Shown here piece by piece: positions 49,714 through 58,513 of a stretch of DNA of 64,000 bases. Below the pieces are notes generated by a model. The model ran no database searches. It was not told the DNA's origin and worked only from the letters and a program-made list of their open reading frames with translations. Every line of letters starts with the position of its first letter. Within the stretch, counting starts at the first letter, position 1. The position numbers and the translations under genes were made by a program. Source of the DNA: Rubrivivax sp. (GTDB lineage: Bacteria > Pseudomonadota > Gammaproteobacteria > Burkholderiales > Burkholderiaceae_C); contig JAEUPC010000061.1 in the NCBI GenBank assembly GCA_016789865.1, positions 6,604 through 70,603 of the forward strand. The letters are read 5' to 3'.

Positions 49714-52700
49714 TCAGCCGCTGGTGCGCTGCGGCGCCTGACCGGCCTCCCCCACGTAGGGGAGAGGATCGATGCCGCGCGCCACCAGCGCGGCGCGCAG
49801 GCGTTCGCGCAGCCAGGGGTCCAGCCCTGCCGGCTTGAGCGCCCCCAGTGCGGCCTGCACCTGCGCCGCGTCGCCGTGCTGCAGCAGGTTGATGGCGGCC
49901 GTGGCGTGGGCGATTCCCACCTCGGTGCTGCCGAGCGTGGCCACGACCTTCGATGCCATCGCCCGCGCCAGCTCGGCGCGGCCCAGCCGGTGATGCAGGT
50001 CGACGAGCCGGGCACGGGCGATCAGCGCCAGCGTCGGGTCGGCGCCATCGGCCAAGGCGGTGTACACCTCGCTGGCCTCGTCCAGGCGGCCGAGTTCGGT
50101 GAGCGACCAGGCGAGGTTGTTGCGCAGCGTGGGCGTGCCGTCGTACTCGCCCAGCGCCAGCGCCTCGCGCGCCAGCGTGATGCCCTCTTCGTCGCGCTTC
50201 AAGGCCGCCAGGGCCCACAGCAGGTTGATCGCCACATCCACCTGCGCGTAGCGGGCACCCAGCCGCTGCGCGAGGCGGTAGGCCTCCTCGTGCAGCGGCA
50301 GGCCGCGGGCCACGTCGCCCAGCTCGTCGTAGGCGGCGCCCAGGCTGGTCAGGCAGCGCACGAGTTCCGGCCCCGGTCGCTCGCGGCGCATGCGGTCGCG
50401 CTGCGCTTCCAGCGCCGGAATCACCTCGGCCACGCGGCCCTGCAGATTGGCCAGCTTGCCGCGATCGACCTGCAGCGCAAGGCTGTCGGGCTCGGCCAGC
50501 GCCGCTTCGTGCAGCGCGCGGCCGGCGTCGTCGAGCCGGCCCGACTGCATGGCCAGCGCGGCCCGCGCCCGCCACGCTGCGGCGCGCTCGCGCGGTTCGG
50601 CCATGGTCTCTGCCAACACGGCGCCCGCGGCTGCTTCGGCGCCTTCGAGGTCGGCCATTTCCAGGCAGACATGGGCGCGGGCGGCGTGCAGGCGCGCGCC
50701 CAGGGGCGCGGCACCGGCGGCTGCGCCGCGCGGCCCGGCGTCCAGGCGCGCGGCGGCATGCGCCAGCAATTGCAGGGCCTGGGCGTGCAGCCCGCCATGG
50801 CGGCAGTGCTCGACGGCGCGCAGCGTCGCTTCGAGCGCGGGTTCGGGCTGGCCCGCGGCCCACCAGTGCGCGGCCACCTGTTCCGGCGGCATCGTCTGGT
50901 CGAACTGGCGCGCCACGGCGGCGTGCATCGCTTCGCGCAGCGGCGCGGGCAGGCCCGCCAGGTGGCTCTCTCGCACGAGGTCGTGCGCGAAGCGGCCCTC
51001 GCGCAGCAGGCCGGCGCTCTCGGCCTCGGCCAGCGCCTCGGCGGTGGCCCAGGGCGACAGGCCGATCGTCGCGCCGATGCGTTCGACCTCACGGGCGTGG
51101 CCACACACCGCCACCACGCCGAGCACGCGCCGGGCGCCGTCGGACAAGCCGCGCAGCCGGCGCTGCACCAGCTCGGCCACCTGCGCCGGTACCTCGAGTT
51201 CGGAGTAGTCGATGGTCACCGCGTCGAGGTCGCTGGCCCATCCGGTGGCGGTGGCTGCGAGCCGGCGGCTCTCGAACAGCGCGCGCAGCATCTGCAACGC
51301 GAAGAACGGGTTGCCGCCGGTGCGGGCGTGCAGCCACGCGGTGAACCTGAGCGGGCCCGCGGCGCTGCGCGACAGTTCGGCCAGCAGCGCCTGGAGTGCC
51401 TCGGCCGACAGCGGCGCCAGCAGCATGCGCTCCAGACCCCACGCCTGCAGCGCGCCGAGCAGCTCGTCGAGCGCCGGCGTCGCTTCGGTGCTGCGGTGGG
51501 CCAGCCGCAGCGGCACCTCGGCGCGGCGGGCGAGGAAGACCATCAGCTCGGCGGTGGCGGCGTCGGCCCACTGCACGTCGTCGAACACCAGCGGGCGCCG
51601 CTCGTGCTCCAGCACCCGCGCCAGGCCGGCCAGCAGCCGCGGCTTGGCGAGCGTGGGGTCGGCCGGCGGCGGCAGTTCGCCGTGGCTCAGCGCGGGCACC
51701 AGGCGCGCGAGGTCGAGCCGGTACTCGCCGAGCTCGGGCAGGCTGTCGGCGAAGTCCTGCAGGTACTCGATCAGAGGCGCCAGCGCCACCTGCGACAGGC
51801 CTTCGCGGCAGGCGATCCAGCGCGCCCCGGGCAGGGCGTCTTCCAGCAGCCGCGTCTTGCCCACGCCGGGTTCGCCGCCCACCGCAACGAGCCGGCGCGA
51901 GGTGTCGGCGACGAATTCACGTTCACGCTCGCGGCCGACGACACGCGGCGGCTGGATCACCGCGCGCGGCACGTTGGCCGCCGGCGGGCTGCTGGCCGCG
52001 GGCGCGCGGGCCGGCAGCCGCTGGCCCAGGCGCAGCGTGTCGGCCAGCGCCGCGGTGGCGGCCATCGGCTGCAGGCCGAGCTCTGCAGCGAGCCAGCGGC
52101 GAAAGCGCTCGAAGGCTGCCAGCGCCTCGTCGCGCCGGCCCGCGGCGGCGGCCACGCGCAGCAGGGCCTGCACGGCATCTTCGGTGCCGGGCTCGGCCTG
52201 CAGCAGGCGCACCAGCAGGGCACACGCGTCTGCGGGCTCGCCGGCCTGCTCCAGGCCGAGCGCTGCCTTCAGCGAGGCGTCGCGCCAGGCTTCGGCGAGC
52301 GCCTGGCGCTCGCTGCGCGCCCACTCCTCCACCAGAGTGAAACCGCGGAAGGTCATGGCGGCCAGCAGCGGCCCGGGGTGCAGCGCGACGGCGCCGGTCC
52401 AGTCGGCGCGGCCCAAAGCGGCACGGAACGCCGCCACGTCGGTGGGCAGGTCGAGCCGGATGCGCCGGCGCTCGGCCTGCAGCGCCGCGGCCTCGCCCCA
52501 GCCTTGGAGCAGCGTGCGCACGCGGTGCAGATTGGCCCGCAGGTTGTGCTGTGCTTCCTCTTCGGCGCGCTCGGGCCAGAACAGGCCCGCCAGCGCCTCG
52601 CGGCTGACCCAGTCGCCGCGGTAGGCCAGATGGCACACGAGGTATCCGGGCAGGCTGTCGGGCAGGTCGCGCCGTTCGCCGCCGGCAAGCCAGTGCGCTG

Positions 52701-52752
52701 CGCCCAGCAGTCGCAGGGGCGGCGGTGGCTGATCGGCGGCCGGCTCCGTCAT
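49714..52752 (-). CDS. AfsR/SARP-like regulator: wHTH-BTAD-STAND ATPase-TPR
   Basis: SREALAGLFWP, TDVAAF, ELGLQP, GEPGVGKT, FDDVQWAD, TGGNPFF, FAHDLVRE, TPRs. Confidence 0.9.
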   Translation of the reverse strand: MTEPAADQPPPPLRLLGAAHWLAGGERRDLPDSLPGYLVCHLAYRGDWVSREALAGLFWPERAEEEAQHNLRANLHRVRTLLQGWGEAAALQAERRRIRLDLPTDVAAFRAALGRADWTGAVALHPGPLLAAMTFRGFTLVEEWARSERQALAEAWRDASLKAALGLEQAGEPADACALLVRLLQAEPGTEDAVQALLRVAAAAGRRDEALAAFERFRRWLAAELGLQPMAATAALADTLRLGQRLPARAPAASSPPAANVPRAVIQPPRVVGREREREFVADTSRRLVAVGGEPGVGKTRLLEDALPGARWIACREGLSQVALAPLIEYLQDFADSLPELGEYRLDLARLVPALSHGELPPPADPTLAKPRLLAGLARVLEHERRPLVFDDVQWADAATAELMVFLARRAEVPLRLAHRSTEATPALDELLGALQAWGLERMLLAPLSAEALQALLAELSRSAAGPLRFTAWLHARTGGNPFFALQMLRALFESRRLAATATGWASDLDAVTIDYSELEVPAQVAELVQRRLRGLSDGARRVLGVVAVCGHAREVERIGATIGLSPWATAEALAEAESAGLLREGRFAHDLVRESHLAGLPAPLREAMHAAVARQFDQTMPPEQVAAHWWAAGQPEPALEATLRAVEHCRHGGLHAQALQLLAHAAARLDAGPRGAAAGAAPLGARLHAARAHVCLEMADLEGAEAAAGAVLAETMAEPRERAAAWRARAALAMQSGRLDDAGRALHEAALAEPDSLALQVDRGKLANLQGRVAEVIPALEAQRDRMRRERPGPELVRCLTSLGAAYDELGDVARGLPLHEEAYRLAQRLGARYAQVDVAINLLWALAALKRDEEGITLAREALALGEYDGTPTLRNNLAWSLTELGRLDEASEVYTALADGADPTLALIARARLVDLHHRLGRAELARAMASKVVATLGSTEVGIAHATAAINLLQHGDAAQVQAALGALKPAGLDPWLRERLRAALVARGIDPLPYVGEAGQAPQRTSG

Positions 52753-52897
52753 CGGTGGTGGCGGGTCGACGGTGGGATGGATGCGCGTGGACAGCGTGTG
52801 AGCGGCTTGACGCGCAGTCTACGGTCCGCCCCGCCGCGGCGCGGTGGCCGCGGCCGCCCACGACGCCGGCATCACGGCATCACGTCATCGCGGCACA

Positions 52898-52936
52898 TGA
52901 CGCGTGACGCGTCACGCGTCACGCGTCACGCGATCA
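52898..52936. repeat. Perfect 24-bp palindrome built from 7-bp tandem repeats
   Basis: tgacgcgtgacgcgtcacgcgtca (52898-52921) followed by more cgcgtca units. Confidence 0.85.
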
Positions 52937-53425
52937 CGACACCACGAACGCCGCCGCCCCGGTGGCGATCAGCTCGCCTTGGTCATTGTGCAGCGCCATC
53001 TGCGCCGAGCCGATGCGCCCGCCCAGCCGCGTGACCTTGGCGGTGGCGTCGAAGTGCCTGCCCAGCCCCTGGCGCAGGAAGTCGATTCGCAGGTCGATGG
53101 TGCCCATGCGTGCGAAGCGGTGCGTCACCTGCACGGCGCTTTCGTGGGGGTGGCGCTCGGCGATGGCGACCATCAGCGCCAGGCCGGCCATCGCGTCCAG
53201 CACCGAGGAGATCACGCCGCCGTGCAGGCGGCCATAGGCGAAGTGGCCGACGAGTTCGGGCTTCATCTCGAAGCGGCCGCGCACATCACCGGCTTGCACC
53301 GACACCACCTTCAGCCCGAGCACTTTGTTGAAGCTGATGTGGTGCTCGAACATCTCGCGCACGGCGCGCTCGAAGCGCGCCTGCTCCTCGGCGCTGCGCG
53401 TGGCCGCTGGCGTGGCGCCGGTCAT
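52934..53425 (-). CDS. Hotdog thioesterase family protein
   Basis: LHGGVISSVLD, TIDLRIDFLR. Confidence 0.88.
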   Translation of the reverse strand: MTGATPAATRSAEEQARFERAVREMFEHHISFNKVLGLKVVSVQAGDVRGRFEMKPELVGHFAYGRLHGGVISSVLDAMAGLALMVAIAERHPHESAVQVTHRFARMGTIDLRIDFLRQGLGRHFDATAKVTRLGGRIGSAQMALHNDQGELIATGAAAFVVS

Positions 53426-54414
53426 GCCTGGGCCGGCGCTGCCTTCAGGCCCAGGCGTGCGCGGGTCTCGGCCGGGCTGGCGATCTCCCGGCCGCAGTCG
53501 CGAGCCACGCGCGCCAGCGCCTCGATGAGCTGGCCGTTGCCGCGGGCCCGCTCACCGCTGGGCAGGTAGAAGGTGTCCTCCAGGCCGGTGCGCAGCATGC
53601 CGCCGAGCTCGGCGGTGCGCCGATGCACGGGCCAGATCTCGGCGCGACCGATGAGCGTGGTCTGCCACACCGCTTCTTTCGGTGCGTAGCGCGGCAGCAA
53701 GGCGAGCAGGTCGGCATCGGCGGGCATGCCGCTGGCCACGCCCATCACGAAGTTGACCTCGGGCACGAATGTCCGCCCCCTGGTCGCGGCTTCGCCGCGC
53801 CCGCCCCCCGAGGGGGACGCGCCGGCTTGGGACGGCCCGGCGCCGGCGCCGCTGATCATGCCGGCCTTCAGGTACATGCCCACGCTGCGCACGATGCCGA
53901 CATCGAAGCACTCGAACTCCGGGTGCGTGTCGGTCTCGGCCATCGCATCGAGCATCTGCTTGATCTTGGCCACCGGGTTGTCGAACACCATCGGTGGCCA
54001 GGCCCAGCTGCCGTCTTCCTTGATCTTGAGGTAGTTCAGGCTGCCGGCATTGCATGCCGCGGACTCGGGCTTGACGCGCTGGATGCAGGCGATGGGGCCC
54101 GAGACATCCTTGCCGACGACGCCGGTGGTGAGGTTGATGATGACGCCCGGGCACGCGGCGCGGATGGCATTCACCACGGCCTCGGCGACATCGGGGTCCC
54201 AGCTCGGCATGTGGCCCATGCCCGGCTCCTGGCTGCGCAGGTGCACGTGCATGATGCTGGCGCCGGCGTTGAAGGCATCGCGCGCCTCGGCGGCCATCTG
54301 CGCGGGCGTCACCGGCACGGGGTGCTGCTTGGGGTCGGTGAGCACGCCGGTGAGCGCGCAGGTGAGGATGGCCTTGTCGGTGGAACCCGCGGCGGCGTTC
54401 GTGTTGTTCGTCAT
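53422..54414 (-). CDS. Beta-keto acid cleavage enzyme (BKACE/DUF849) with an in-frame REP-like insert
   Basis: ILTCALTG, PVTP, HVHLR, PEFECFD, RTGLED. Confidence 0.9.
   Translation of the reverse strand: MTNNTNAAAGSTDKAILTCALTGVLTDPKQHPVPVTPAQMAAEARDAFNAGASIMHVHLRSQEPGMGHMPSWDPDVAEAVVNAIRAACPGVIINLTTGVVGKDVSGPIACIQRVKPESAACNAGSLNYLKIKEDGSWAWPPMVFDNPVAKIKQMLDAMAETDTHPEFECFDVGIVRSVGMYLKAGMISGAGAGPSQAGASPSGGGRGEAATRGRTFVPEVNFVMGVASGMPADADLLALLPRYAPKEAVWQTTLIGRAEIWPVHRRTAELGGMLRTGLEDTFYLPSGERARGNGQLIEALARVARDCGREIASPAETRARLGLKAAPAQA
53772..53846 (-). repeat. REP-like element inserted in-frame in BKACE
   Basis: gccgggccgtcccaagcc..ccccctcgggggg..gcggcgaagccgc..ggggg; resembles the intergenic REP-like elements. 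Confidence 0.65.
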
Positions 54415-56348
54415 TGCGCAATCTCCAGTTCCACCAGCACCGCGCCGGCGGCCACGCTGGCCTTGGGCGCGACGTGCACGGCCTTCACGGTGCCGGCGGC
54501 GGTGGCGTTTAGCCACATCTCCATCTTCATCGCTTCCACGCAGACCAGCGGCTGGCCGGCCTGTACGGCCTGGCCCACCGCCACGCTGACATGCGCCACC
54601 ACGCCGGCCACCGGCGCGCGCGCGCGGCGCGGGTCGACCGCCGCGTCGGCGGCGGGGTAGGGCGAGGCTTCGCGGAAGCGGAACACCGCGCCGTCGATCG
54701 CCAGCTGCAGGCCACCACCGGTGCTCACGTGCGCCCGCAGCCGGCGGCGCATGCCATCGACCGTGCAGCGCAGCGTGGTGCCTTCGAGCACATCGATCTG
54801 CACGCCTTCGGGCGGGGCGCGCAGCGTGCGCTTCGTCTCATGTGCGCCGTCGCCGGCGAGCAGCGTGAGGCTGAACTGCGCCACGCTGGCCGGGCGGCCA
54901 TGGGAACCGTGGTCGGGGCCGGCCAGCAGCGCCGCGGCGATGCGCCAGGCTTCTTCGGGCGGCTCGGGCCGCACGAGCAGCGGCTCACGGGCCTCGGGCG
55001 CCTCGAGCCATTCGTCGAGCAGCGTCGTCGTCATCGACGCCGACGTGAATTGCGGATGGTTCACCAGGTCGCGCAGGAAGCGGCCGTTGTTCGCCGGGCC
55101 GAACAGCGGCACTTCCTCCAGCGCGCGCGTCAGTCGCCGCACGGCATCGGCCCGGTCGCGGCCGTGGGCGATGAACTTGGCGACCATCGCGTCGTAGTAG
55201 GGGGTGACCTCGCCGCCGGTGACGATGCCGTGGTCGATGCGCACTTCACCCGCTTCGGGTGCCCAGCCGTCGATGCGCCCGGTCTGCGGCTTCCAGCCGT
55301 CGTAGGGGTCTTCGGCGTAGAGGCGCGCCTCGATCGCGTGGCCGGCGAAGCGGATGTCGTCCTGCAGGCGCGGCACCAGGTTCGTCAACGGCTCGCCGGA
55401 GGCGATGCGCAGCTGCCACTCCACGAGATCGAAGCCGGTGATGCACTCCGTGACCGGGTGCTCCACCTGCAGCCGCGTGTTCATCTCCAGGAAGTAGTGC
55501 TTCAGCTCGGCATCGACGATGAACTCCACCGTGCCCGCGCCGCGGTAGCCCACGGCCAGGGCGGCGGCCACGGCGTCGCGGCCCATCGCCTCGCGCATCG
55601 CCGGGCTGACCACCGGCGAGGGCGCTTCCTCGATGACCTTCTGGCGCCGGCGCTGCGCGGTGCAGTCGCGCTCGCCCAGGTGCACGGCGTTGCCGTGCGC
55701 ATCGGCGAAGACCTGGATCTCGATGTGGCGCCCGCCTTCGATGAGCCGCTCCAGCATCAGGGTGCCGCTGCCGAAGGCGCTTTGCGCTTCACGGCGCGCG
55801 CCGGCCAGGGCCTCGGGCAAGGCGGCCAGATCGCGCACGAGGCGCATGCCGCGCCCGCCGCCACCGGCCACCGCCTTCACCAGCAGCGGCGCGCCCAGGC
55901 GACGCGCTTCGGCGGAGAGGTGCTCGTCGCTCTGCTGGTCGCCGAGGTAGCCGGGGGCGCAGGGCACGCCGGCCCCGCGCATGCGGCGCTTGGCGGCGGC
56001 CTTGTCGCCCATCGCGGCGATGGCCTCGGGCGGCGGGCCGATGAAGACGAGCCCGGTCTCGGCACAGGCCCTCGCGAAATCGGCGCGTTCGCTGAGGAAG
56101 CCGTAGCCCGGGTGCACGGCATCGGCGCCGGCGCGGTGCGCGGCGTCGAGCAGCGCGGCGATCTTCAGGTACGACTCGGCCGCGGGCGGCGCACCGATGC
56201 GCACGGCCTCATCGGCCATCGCGACATGCGGCGCGTCCGCGTCGGCGTCGCTGAACACCGCCACGGTGCGGTAGCCGAGGCGATGCGCGGTGCGCAGCAC
56301 GCGGCAGGCGATCTCTGCGCGATTGGCGACGAGGATCTTCCGAAACAT
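54411..56348 (-). CDS. atuF: Geranyl-CoA carboxylase-like biotin carboxylase/BCCP subunit
   Basis: HPGYGFLSE, GGGGRGMR, EMNTRLQVEHPVTE, EAMKME; atu-like context. Confidence 0.8.
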   Translation of the reverse strand: MFRKILVANRAEIACRVLRTAHRLGYRTVAVFSDADADAPHVAMADEAVRIGAPPAAESYLKIAALLDAAHRAGADAVHPGYGFLSERADFARACAETGLVFIGPPPEAIAAMGDKAAAKRRMRGAGVPCAPGYLGDQQSDEHLSAEARRLGAPLLVKAVAGGGGRGMRLVRDLAALPEALAGARREAQSAFGSGTLMLERLIEGGRHIEIQVFADAHGNAVHLGERDCTAQRRRQKVIEEAPSPVVSPAMREAMGRDAVAAALAVGYRGAGTVEFIVDAELKHYFLEMNTRLQVEHPVTECITGFDLVEWQLRIASGEPLTNLVPRLQDDIRFAGHAIEARLYAEDPYDGWKPQTGRIDGWAPEAGEVRIDHGIVTGGEVTPYYDAMVAKFIAHGRDRADAVRRLTRALEEVPLFGPANNGRFLRDLVNHPQFTSASMTTTLLDEWLEAPEAREPLLVRPEPPEEAWRIAAALLAGPDHGSHGRPASVAQFSLTLLAGDGAHETKRTLRAPPEGVQIDVLEGTTLRCTVDGMRRRLRAHVSTGGGLQLAIDGAVFRFREASPYPAADAAVDPRRARAPVAGVVAHVSVAVGQAVQAGQPLVCVEAMKMEMWLNATAAGTVKAVHVAPKASVAAGAVLVELEIAQ

Positions 56349-56463
56349 CAGTGGCTCGCGCAGGGGCCGCCTGCCCGCGCTTCGCGCGGCATGCGGGTTG
56401 GCTGCGCCGCAGCGGCCCCGTGACCGCTGTCTCCCCGATTCGCAGCGAGGATCTCGCGAAGGC

Positions 56464-57303
56464 TCACGGCGCCGCGCCCTCCGGCGCGGGCGGACCTTCA
56501 GGCACCCAACTTGCCTTGCGCTTGTGGAGGAATGCCATCGTGCCTTCCACGCCCTCGGGCCCGAGCACGGCGTTCGAGAACATCTGCGCCGCCTCGGGCA
56601 CCAGCGCCGCCGGCGCCGTGAAGCGCGCCTTGGCCAGCAACGCCTTGGTGGCCGCCAGTGCGCCTGGCGCGCAGGCGAGGACCTGCGTCACGATGCGGCC
56701 CAGCGCCCAGTCGAGCGCTTCGGCGTCGTGTACTTCGTGCACGAGGCGCAGCCGCAGCGCCTCTTGCGACTCGACCTTCGCGCCGGTGACGGCCAGGCGC
56801 TTGGTCTCGGCGTAGCCGATGCGTTCGACGAGAAACGGCCCCACCTGCGCCGGCAGCAGGCCGAGGCCCGTCTCGGGCAGGCGGAACACCACGCTGTCGT
56901 CGGCAATGCAGATGTCGCTCACGCAGGCCAGGCCGAAGCCGCCGCCCATCACCGTGCCCTGCAGCATGGTGATGATCGCCAGGCCGGTGTTCGCGTAGGC
57001 CACGCACAGTTCGCCGAAGGTGGCGTTGGTCGTGGCGAGCGCGGCAGGGTCTTCGGCCAGGCGGCCCCGCGCCGCGGCCATGTCCTTGATGTCGCCGCCG
57101 GCGCAGAAGTGGCCACCGGCGCCGCGCAGAACCAGCACCCGGGTGTGCCCGTCCATCTCGGCCTGCGCCAGCACGGCGCGCAGCTCGCGCACCATCTGCA
57201 GCGACATGGCATTGCGCACGTCGAGCCGGTTGAGCGTGACGTGCAGCACCGGGCCGTCGCGCTTCAGCGCGAGGGTCTTGAAGTCGGCCAGCTCGACGCT
57301 CAT
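56464..57303 (-). CDS. atuE: Isohexenylglutaconyl-CoA hydratase-like crotonase
   Basis: FCAGGDIKDM, GGGFGLACVSD, LPETGLGLLPAQ. Confidence 0.75.
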   Translation of the reverse strand: MSVELADFKTLALKRDGPVLHVTLNRLDVRNAMSLQMVRELRAVLAQAEMDGHTRVLVLRGAGGHFCAGGDIKDMAAARGRLAEDPAALATTNATFGELCVAYANTGLAIITMLQGTVMGGGFGLACVSDICIADDSVVFRLPETGLGLLPAQVGPFLVERIGYAETKRLAVTGAKVESQEALRLRLVHEVHDAEALDWALGRIVTQVLACAPGALAATKALLAKARFTAPAALVPEAAQMFSNAVLGPEGVEGTMAFLHKRKASWVPEGPPAPEGAAP

Positions 57304-57310
57304 CGCGGCC

Positions 57311-58468
57311 TCAATGTGCACCCTTGGGCAGCGTGCCCTCGAGCTTGCAGATGATGCCGAGCATCACCTCGTCGGCGCCGCCGCCGATGGAGGTGAGGCG
57401 GCCGTCGCGATAGGCCTGCGACAGCGGGTTGTCGGCGGTGAAGCCCATGCCGCCCCAGTATTGCAGGCAGCTGTCGGCCACCTCGCGCCCCAGGCGCCCG
57501 GCCTTGAGCTTGGCCATGCTGGCGAGCTTGGTCACGTCCTTGCCGCTGACGTACAGCTCGACCGCGCGGTAGGTCAGCGCGCGCAGCGCTTCCAGTTCCG
57601 TGCGCAGCTCGGCCAGGCGGAAGTGCACCACCTGGTTGTCGAGGATGCTCTTGCCGAAGGCCTTGCGCTGGCGCGTGTAGTCGACGGTCAAATCGATCAG
57701 CCGGTCCATCGCCTTCAGCCCCGCGGCGGCGCCCCACAGGCGCTCTTCCTGGAACTGCAGCATCTGGAACGCGAAGCCCATGCCTTCCTGGCCGATGAGG
57801 TTGCGGCGTGGCACGCGCACGTTGTCGAAGAAAAGCTGCGCGGTGTCTGAACTGTGCATGCCGATCTTGTGGATCTTCTGCCTGGTGATGCCGCGGCTGT
57901 CCATCGGCACGACGATCAGGCTCTTGTTCTTGTGCGGCGAGCCGCCTTCGCTGGTGTTGGCGAGCAGGCAGCACCAGTCGGCTTTCAGGCCGTTGGTGAT
58001 CCACATCTTGGTGCCGTTGATGACGTAGTCACCGCCGTCGTGCCTGGCGGTGGTCTTGACGGCGGCCACGTCGCTGCCGCCGCCGGGCTCGCTTACGCCC
58101 AGGCAGGCCACGTAGTCGCCGGCGATGGTGGGCACGAGGTATTCCTTGCGCAGCTCGTCGCTGCCGAAGCGGGCCAGCGCCGGGGTGGCCATGTCGGTCT
58201 GCACGCCGATGGCCATCGGGATGCCGCCGCATGCGCACACGCCCAGCGCTTCGGCCATTACCAGGCTGTAGGAGAAGTCCAGGCCCTGGCCGCCGAATTC
58301 CTCGGGGTACTTCAGGCCCAGGAGCCCGAGGTTGCCGAGCTTCTTGAAGACCTCGTGGCTCGGGAACTGCTCAGCCTTCTCCCATTCGGGCACGAAGGGG
58401 TTGATTTCCTTCTGCACGAACTTGATCACCGTGTCTTCGATCTGGCGGTGTTCGGGAGTGAACTTCAT
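57311..58468 (-). CDS. atuD: Citronellyl-CoA dehydrogenase-like acyl-CoA dehydrogenase
   Basis: GVQTDMATPAL, GVSEPGGGSDVA, QFQEERL, SIGGGADEVML. Confidence 0.85.
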   Translation of the reverse strand: MKFTPEHRQIEDTVIKFVQKEINPFVPEWEKAEQFPSHEVFKKLGNLGLLGLKYPEEFGGQGLDFSYSLVMAEALGVCACGGIPMAIGVQTDMATPALARFGSDELRKEYLVPTIAGDYVACLGVSEPGGGSDVAAVKTTARHDGGDYVINGTKMWITNGLKADWCCLLANTSEGGSPHKNKSLIVVPMDSRGITRQKIHKIGMHSSDTAQLFFDNVRVPRRNLIGQEGMGFAFQMLQFQEERLWGAAAGLKAMDRLIDLTVDYTRQRKAFGKSILDNQVVHFRLAELRTELEALRALTYRAVELYVSGKDVTKLASMAKLKAGRLGREVADSCLQYWGGMGFTADNPLSQAYRDGRLTSIGGGADEVMLGIICKLEGTLPKGAH

Positions 58469-58513
58469 GAGGGTGTCTCCGGAAGGAATCAGCACAGGCA
58501 AGCCGCGGCGCGC

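Noticed and set aside
49714-52752. Avs-type antiphage STAND
   Set aside because: The N-terminus is wHTH-BTAD (transcriptional), not a nuclease or other effector, and there is no defence-island context
49504-53034. Long antisense or alternate-frame ORFs (for example 1176 aa here, 67-2001, 40621-43005, 57854-60157)
   Set aside because: Shadow ORFs of real genes in very high-GC DNA; Arg/Ala/Gly-rich with no motifs
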